IMG/VR virus record: IMGVR_UViG_3300046171_000193
Coordinates: 64,001-128,000 of that record
Length of the DNA: 64,000 bases
Direction: 5' to 3' (one strand)
Source of the DNA: a virus
Position 1 is the first letter of the stretch; each line of letters begins with the position of its first letter. Below, in pieces: positions 59,669-64,000 of the stretch. The translations under genes and the position numbers were made by a program. A model generated the notes under the pieces. The model did not search any database. It saw only the letters and a list, made by a program, of their open reading frames with translations, and was not told where the DNA came from.

Positions 59669-60076
59669 ATGATAAAAAACATTGTTAATAAAATTCCAGA
59701 ATTTTGTATGAGTCATTGGCTTTTTCGTATTCCATTGGCTATTGTTTTTCTACAGCAAGGCTTTAGTAAATTACCGGTAACAATAGAAGGTGCAGAAAGT
59801 TTTGACTTGCCTTACATTGTGTGGTGGTTTGCAGCATACGGTGAGATCGGTGCTGGTATTGGCTTGCTTGTAGGCGGAGCCATTATATGGCAGAAGCTAA
59901 AAGAAATTAATGATATTATAACTCGGTTCAGCGGTATTACAATTTGTAGTATTATGACAGGAGTTATATGGGTAGGTCAACCAGAAAGTTTCTGGGATGT
60001 TATCTTGTACGATAACTTCCATGTGTTTCTTTGGGTTGGCGGTTTATATTTTGCACTGAGAGGTAATAGAACATGA
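59669..60076 (+). CDS. DoxX-family membrane protein
   Basis: LFRI.LA.VF...GFSK, AYGEIGAG..LL.G, TR; about four hydrophobic segments. Confidence 0.75.
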   Translation: MIKNIVNKIPEFCMSHWLFRIPLAIVFLQQGFSKLPVTIEGAESFDLPYIVWWFAAYGEIGAGIGLLVGGAIIWQKLKEINDIITRFSGITICSIMTGVIWVGQPESFWDVILYDNFHVFLWVGGLYFALRGNRT

Positions 60077-60273
60077 GAGAGCAACTAATTAAGGCAGCTA
60101 GAATGCACGCAGAAGGTGAGCTAGAGCGGGCCAAAACTAATTTTGAGGTCTACTTAAATCATCCTGTAGGCATTGGTGAACATAGCGATATTGTTGAAGC
60201 TATGCAGAAAGAGCTAAGTACTATGGGTCATGCATCCGAACGATTAGAAATGCTAGCTAAGCATTTTGAATAA
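60073..60273 (+). CDS. Conserved phage hypothetical protein
   Basis: N.EVYL..PVGIGEHSDI motif. Confidence 0.7.
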   Translation: MREQLIKAARMHAEGELERAKTNFEVYLNHPVGIGEHSDIVEAMQKELSTMGHASERLEMLAKHFE

Positions 60274-60428
60274 TGAGCGAGAACTATTGTACTACTAAAG
60301 GGCTAGGATGGGCCTTTCTAATTATTATTATTGGAATGGTAGGTATGCCTATTCTTGGGGCAGCGATTGCTTATCCAGACAACTGTAAGCAGTCCATTCT
60401 TATTCCATGCATAGGACTAGGTGAATAA
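60273..60428 (+). CDS. 51-aa single-TM protein (MSENYCTTKGLGWAFLIIIIGMVGMPILGAAIAYPDNCKQSILIPCIGLGE)
   Basis: TAATG coupling; fills the gap; missed by the ORF track. Confidence 0.6.
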   Translation: MSENYCTTKGLGWAFLIIIIGMVGMPILGAAIAYPDNCKQSILIPCIGLGE

Positions 60429-60620
60429 ATGCACTTTACTATTATTAATAATAGCACAGGTGAAACATTTGATATGGAATTTGATTCTCATGAACAGAAA
60501 GAAAAGTGGCTTGATCTGTCCAAGGGGTTTAAATGCCTTGGTGAAGTACAAGGTGACTATCTTCCAACTCGTCACGTGAGAATGAGAAACAAAGAGGAAC
60601 ACGCAGGATGGGGGAGTTAG
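60429..60620 (+). CDS. Hypothetical protein
   Basis: 63 aa, RBS AGGTG, packed in the operon. Confidence 0.55.
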   Translation: MHFTIINNSTGETFDMEFDSHEQKEKWLDLSKGFKCLGEVQGDYLPTRHVRMRNKEEHAGWGS

Positions 60621-60826
60621 ACCCAAGAGCAGAAGCTCAAGAAGAAGCCGAAGTAACATTTGACGCTTTTATGTTATGGACAAAAAGAGTTACGATGTAT
60701 GCTGCAATATTTCTTGGTATTGTTGTGTTTGGTTGTAATGCAGGAGTAGAAACTGGTAAAAATAAGACTGGCTCTCAATATAACGGAGAACAGTACGACC
60801 CATATAATTTAAATAAGGATAAGTAA
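60608..60826 (+). CDS. Single-TM protein resembling aa3 cytochrome c oxidase subunit IV
   Basis: AEVTFDAFMLWTKR followed by a TM helix, similar to the E.T(F/Y)..F motif of alphaproteobacterial subunit IV. Confidence 0.4.
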   Translation: MGELDPRAEAQEEAEVTFDAFMLWTKRVTMYAAIFLGIVVFGCNAGVETGKNKTGSQYNGEQYDPYNLNKDK

Positions 60827-61152
60827 TGAATGGAAGTATAAAAGCATTTCCTCCTATGGCTTTGTGGATAGTAGCCAAGGAAGGATGGAAGAGTATAATG
60901 ACTATAGAGCATTCGCCTCTTCGTAAACTACCACCTCAACTCGGATTAATGGTATTTTTAATTCTGTCAGTTATGTGGAGTGGTATCTTTGCTGCTCTTA
61001 TAAGCAATCCATACATATTTGGTTGGACAGCTGGCGGACATGTTCTAGTTATTTCCGGAATTTTTATAACAGCAATCGTTCATCAGCAGGCTGATAAGTA
61101 TCCCACACACATGAAGTATAGTGGAAGAAGCGCTAATGGTGAACACGAATAA
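60826..61152 (+). CDS. Two-TM membrane protein
   Basis: W..IM....SPLR.LP, MW..IF, H.L...GIFIT. Confidence 0.6.
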   Translation: MNGSIKAFPPMALWIVAKEGWKSIMTIEHSPLRKLPPQLGLMVFLILSVMWSGIFAALISNPYIFGWTAGGHVLVISGIFITAIVHQQADKYPTHMKYSGRSANGEHE

Positions 61153-61161
61153 GGATAAGAT

Positions 61162-61593
61162 ATGAATAAAGCTCTAATATTTACTATGGTACTTACCTTT
61201 TTGAGTACTATGATTATATCAGCTGCTAACGCAGGAGATATTACTATTGAAATGTTGAACAAACGTGACGATGGACAAAAGATGGTTTACTCTGCAGATA
61301 TTGCTAGAGTAGAAGTAGGTACTACAATAACATGGATTCCGACGTCAAAAGGACATAACGTAGAATTTATTGCTGGACCTGATGAATGGGATATGCCGAA
61401 GAAATCAAAGAACAATAAAGAAGTTTCTATTACCTTTGATGTTCCAGGCGTTTATGTATATCAATGTACGCCACACGCAACAATGGGCATGATTGCTTTA
61501 GTTGTAGTTGGTGATGGTGATAATGACGTATCTAAAGCAAAGGTACGAGGAAAGTCTAAAAGAAAGCTAAAGGAACTTTTAAAGGAGCTGTAA
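61162..61593 (+). CDS. Pseudoazurin-type blue copper protein with a signal peptide
   Basis: Signal peptide ending ANA; mature EMLNK; type-1 Cu ligands GHNV and CTPHATMGM. Confidence 0.88.
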   Translation: MNKALIFTMVLTFLSTMIISAANAGDITIEMLNKRDDGQKMVYSADIARVEVGTTITWIPTSKGHNVEFIAGPDEWDMPKKSKNNKEVSITFDVPGVYVYQCTPHATMGMIALVVVGDGDNDVSKAKVRGKSKRKLKELLKEL

Positions 61594-61635
61594 TGCTTGA
61601 TCCTGATCACTCATATCGAAAAAAAGTTGGAAAAT

Positions 61636-61662
61636 AAAAAGGGCGCTTCGGCGCCTTTTTTT
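61636..61662 (+). terminator. Intrinsic terminator with a cUUCGg loop, possibly bidirectional
   Basis: AAAAAGGGCGC-TTCG-GCGCCTTTTTTT. Confidence 0.85.
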
Positions 61663-61663
61663 G

Positions 61664-61692
61664 TTTACATTGCCCGCAAAGTGTGATAGAAT
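61664..61692 (+). promoter_or_regulatory. Early/middle promoter TTTACA-N17-TAGAAT (gp43)
   Basis: Shared motif; RBS GGAGG at about 61705. Confidence 0.7.
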
Positions 61693-61715
61693 AAGTATAT
61701 CGTTGGAGGTTTAAT

Positions 61716-64000
61716 TTGTCATTTTATACATCAGTCAATCGCTATGGGTCTCAGATCCTATATTGTGGCTATAACGACAATGGCGTACGTGTCGAAAAGA
61801 AAATAAAGTTTGCGCCCACACTTTTTATTCCAAGTAAAAATAAAAATACCGAGTGGCTTGCCCTTGATGGCACGCCAGTAGAACCTTTAGGTTTTCCCAC
61901 AATGAGGGATGCCAAGAATTTTGTAGATCAATACAAAGATGTTGATGGTATGAAAGTCTATGGCAATACTAATTATATTCATCAATGCATTACAGACATG
62001 TTTCCGGAAGAAATTAAGTTTAAACCAAGTCAAGTAAATGTTGTAAACTTTGATATTGAGGTTGCTTCTGACGATGGCTTTCCAAAACCAGAAGAAGCAA
62101 TTCAGCCAATTATTTCTATTGCTTTAAAATCAAGTCAGTCATCAATATATCACGTTTGGGGTTTAGGAGATTACGATTATGAAAAATGTAATATTGAAAT
62201 GCATGGCGATCTTATACAATATCGTAAGTTCGATACCGAAGAAGCTTTATTGGCTAGCTTCCATAAGTTTTGGTGCGCTAACAGGCCGGACATCGTCACT
62301 GGTTGGAACAGTCGCTTTTTCGATATTCCTTACCTTATTAATCGCATCGCACGTATTGGAACTATTGAAGCCGTAAAAAGATTATCACCATGGAATATGG
62401 TAAACGAACGTAATACAGAAATTACTGGCCGTACACAGTATGGCTATGAGATTGTTGGCATACAACAAGCCGACTATCTCGAACTATTTAAGAAATTTGG
62501 TTATTCATATGGCGCACAAGAATCATACAAGCTTGATCACATTGCTCACGTTGTTCTCGGTGAAAAGAAGTTATCTTACGAAGAACATGGCAATCTATAT
62601 ACCCTGTATAAAGAAGATCATCAAAAGTTTATAGACTATAATATCAAAGACGTTCAGCTCGTCAATCGCATCGAAGAAAAGATGGGGCTTATTCAGCTGG
62701 CACAGACTATGGCATATCGTGGCGGTGTTAATCTCCAAGATACATTCGGCACTACGGCCATATGGGATTCTATTATCTATCGCGAGCTTAACAAGAAAAA
62801 GATTGCCATACCACCTAACTATGAAAAGATTAAGAATCCGTATCCAGGCGGTTATGTAAAAGAGCCACAAGTTGGTTTACATGATTGGGTTGTATCTTTC
62901 GATCTTAATTCTCTGTATCCAAACCTAATTGTACAATACAATATGTCACCAGAGACTCTTGTGGGTCAGACAGAGCGATCTGGTGTCGATCACTATCTTA
63001 ACATAGACGGTAAAGTTTCGTCTGAACATTCTGTTGCTGCAAATGGTTCAACATATCGTAAAGACTTTCAAGGCATTTTACCTAAGATTATTGAAGCATA
63101 TTATGCTGAGCGTACGCAAATTAAAAAAGAAATGCTGAGTATCGAGCAAGAGTATCAGAAAAACAAAACGGTTGAACTCGAGCGAGAGATTAATCGATAT
63201 AACAATCGCCAAATGGCTATTAAAATTCTACTTAATTCTCTCTATGGCGCGCTCGGTAATAAATACTTTAGATACTTTGATATGCGTATGGCCGAAGGTA
63301 TTACCCTATCAGGCCAGTTATCAGTCATATGGGCCGAAAGAGCCATTAACAAGGAGATGAACAATGTTCTCAAAACTAGAGACGTGGACTACGTTATTGC
63401 GATTGATACTGATTCTCTCTATATTAACATGGGCGCTTTGGTAGAACAATTTAAACCTAAAGATCCAGTCAAGTTTCTTGATCAGATATGCTCAGACCAT
63501 TTTGAAAAGATATTAACTAAATCGTATGCCAAATTGTTTGACAAGATGAATGCATATAAACCTCGTATGGAGATGGGCCGAGAAGTCATTGCTGATCGTG
63601 GTATCTGGACTGCAAAGAAGCGTTACATTTTAAACGTGCACAATTCTGAAGGAGTTCAATACGCTGAACCAAAGCTTAAGATCATGGGCATTGAAGCCAT
63701 TAAGTCTTCAACTCCAGAGGTTGTACGCGATAAGTTTAAGAAGGCATTTAAGATTATTATAAGCGGTAACGAGAAAGACACACAACAATTTATTACCAAC
63801 TTCTATAATGAGTTTAGGTCTCTTCCACCTGAAAACATTTCTTTCCCACGTGGTGCACGTGAAGTAACTAAGTGGGCAACAAAAAAAGGTGAAAAAATCG
63901 CATATAAAAAGGGAACGCCTATTCACATCCGTGGCAGTTTGTTGTATAATGGTCTTATCGATAAATATAATTTACATAAGAAATATGCCAAGATTCAGAA
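61716..64000 (+). CDS. gp43: Family B DNA polymerase gp43, 3'-truncated by the window
   Basis: TTG start MSFYTSVNRYG; exonuclease FDIEV, TGWN..FFDIPY, YNIKDV; polymerase SFDLNSLYP, KILLNSLYGALGN, IDTDS, KKRY; absent from the ORF track because it has no stop in the window. Confidence 0.95.
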   Translation, partial: MSFYTSVNRYGSQILYCGYNDNGVRVEKKIKFAPTLFIPSKNKNTEWLALDGTPVEPLGFPTMRDAKNFVDQYKDVDGMKVYGNTNYIHQCITDMFPEEIKFKPSQVNVVNFDIEVASDDGFPKPEEAIQPIISIALKSSQSSIYHVWGLGDYDYEKCNIEMHGDLIQYRKFDTEEALLASFHKFWCANRPDIVTGWNSRFFDIPYLINRIARIGTIEAVKRLSPWNMVNERNTEITGRTQYGYEIVGIQQADYLELFKKFGYSYGAQESYKLDHIAHVVLGEKKLSYEEHGNLYTLYKEDHQKFIDYNIKDVQLVNRIEEKMGLIQLAQTMAYRGGVNLQDTFGTTAIWDSIIYRELNKKKIAIPPNYEKIKNPYPGGYVKEPQVGLHDWVVSFDLNSLYPNLIVQYNMSPETLVGQTERSGVDHYLNIDGKVSSEHSVAANGSTYRKDFQGILPKIIEAYYAERTQIKKEMLSIEQEYQKNKTVELEREINRYNNRQMAIKILLNSLYGALGNKYFRYFDMRMAEGITLSGQLSVIWAERAINKEMNNVLKTRDVDYVIAIDTDSLYINMGALVEQFKPKDPVKFLDQICSDHFEKILTKSYAKLFDKMNAYKPRMEMGREVIADRGIWTAKKRYILNVHNSEGVQYAEPKLKIMGIEAIKSSTPEVVRDKFKKAFKIIISGNEKDTQQFITNFYNEFRSLPPENISFPRGAREVTKWATKKGEKIAYKKGTPIHIRGSLLYNGLIDKYNLHKKYAKIQ

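Noticed and set aside
61593-61637. 14-codon ORF MLDPDHSYRKKVGK after pseudoazurin
   Set aside because: It has a TAATG overlap and an upstream AGGAG, but is too short to support without conservation data.
62179-63926. Short ORFs listed in the last 2 kb
   Set aside because: They are alternate-frame or antisense shadows of gp43.
1-64000. tRNA, rRNA, CRISPR arrays, transposases, homing endonucleases, alternative genetic code
   Set aside because: None recognised by eye; intergenic gaps are too short for arrays, and long ORFs read normally with all three stop codons in use.

Overview
A 64-kb piece of an AT-rich marine T4-like myovirus genome, running from baseplate and fibre genes through neck, tail and head genes (gp13-gp23, gp3) to the replication block (uvsY, uvsW, gp55, gp47/46, gp45/44/62, regA, gp43). 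Accessory genes (HemO/PcyX-type bilin enzymes, DUF1127, pseudoazurin, a ROSE-like thermometer on hsp20) point to an alphaproteobacterial host. The main unexplained signal is a strong excess of the dipeptide Asp-Ser (DS) in fibre and baseplate proteins and in the variable parts of the sheath and capsid; it is absent from terminase and UvsW. The same genome carries two glyco-clusters: GT/MTase/GT among the fibre genes, and an island with an ADP-heptose pathway, a GT9-like transferase, an SGNH protein and two carbamoyltransferases. Together these suggest, as a hypothesis, a phage-encoded virion O-glycosylation (possibly heptosylation) system acting on a DS sequon. Other points of interest are two paralogous 11-12% Cys adhesin-like proteins, a late-promoter redox/respiration operon and a glutaredoxin-phosphomannomutase fusion. 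Many essential genes carry 1-bp indels that are best read as sequencing errors. The ORF track mislabels 30367..31314, which is on the minus strand, and omits gp43. All counts are by hand; family calls come from motif recognition, not database searches.
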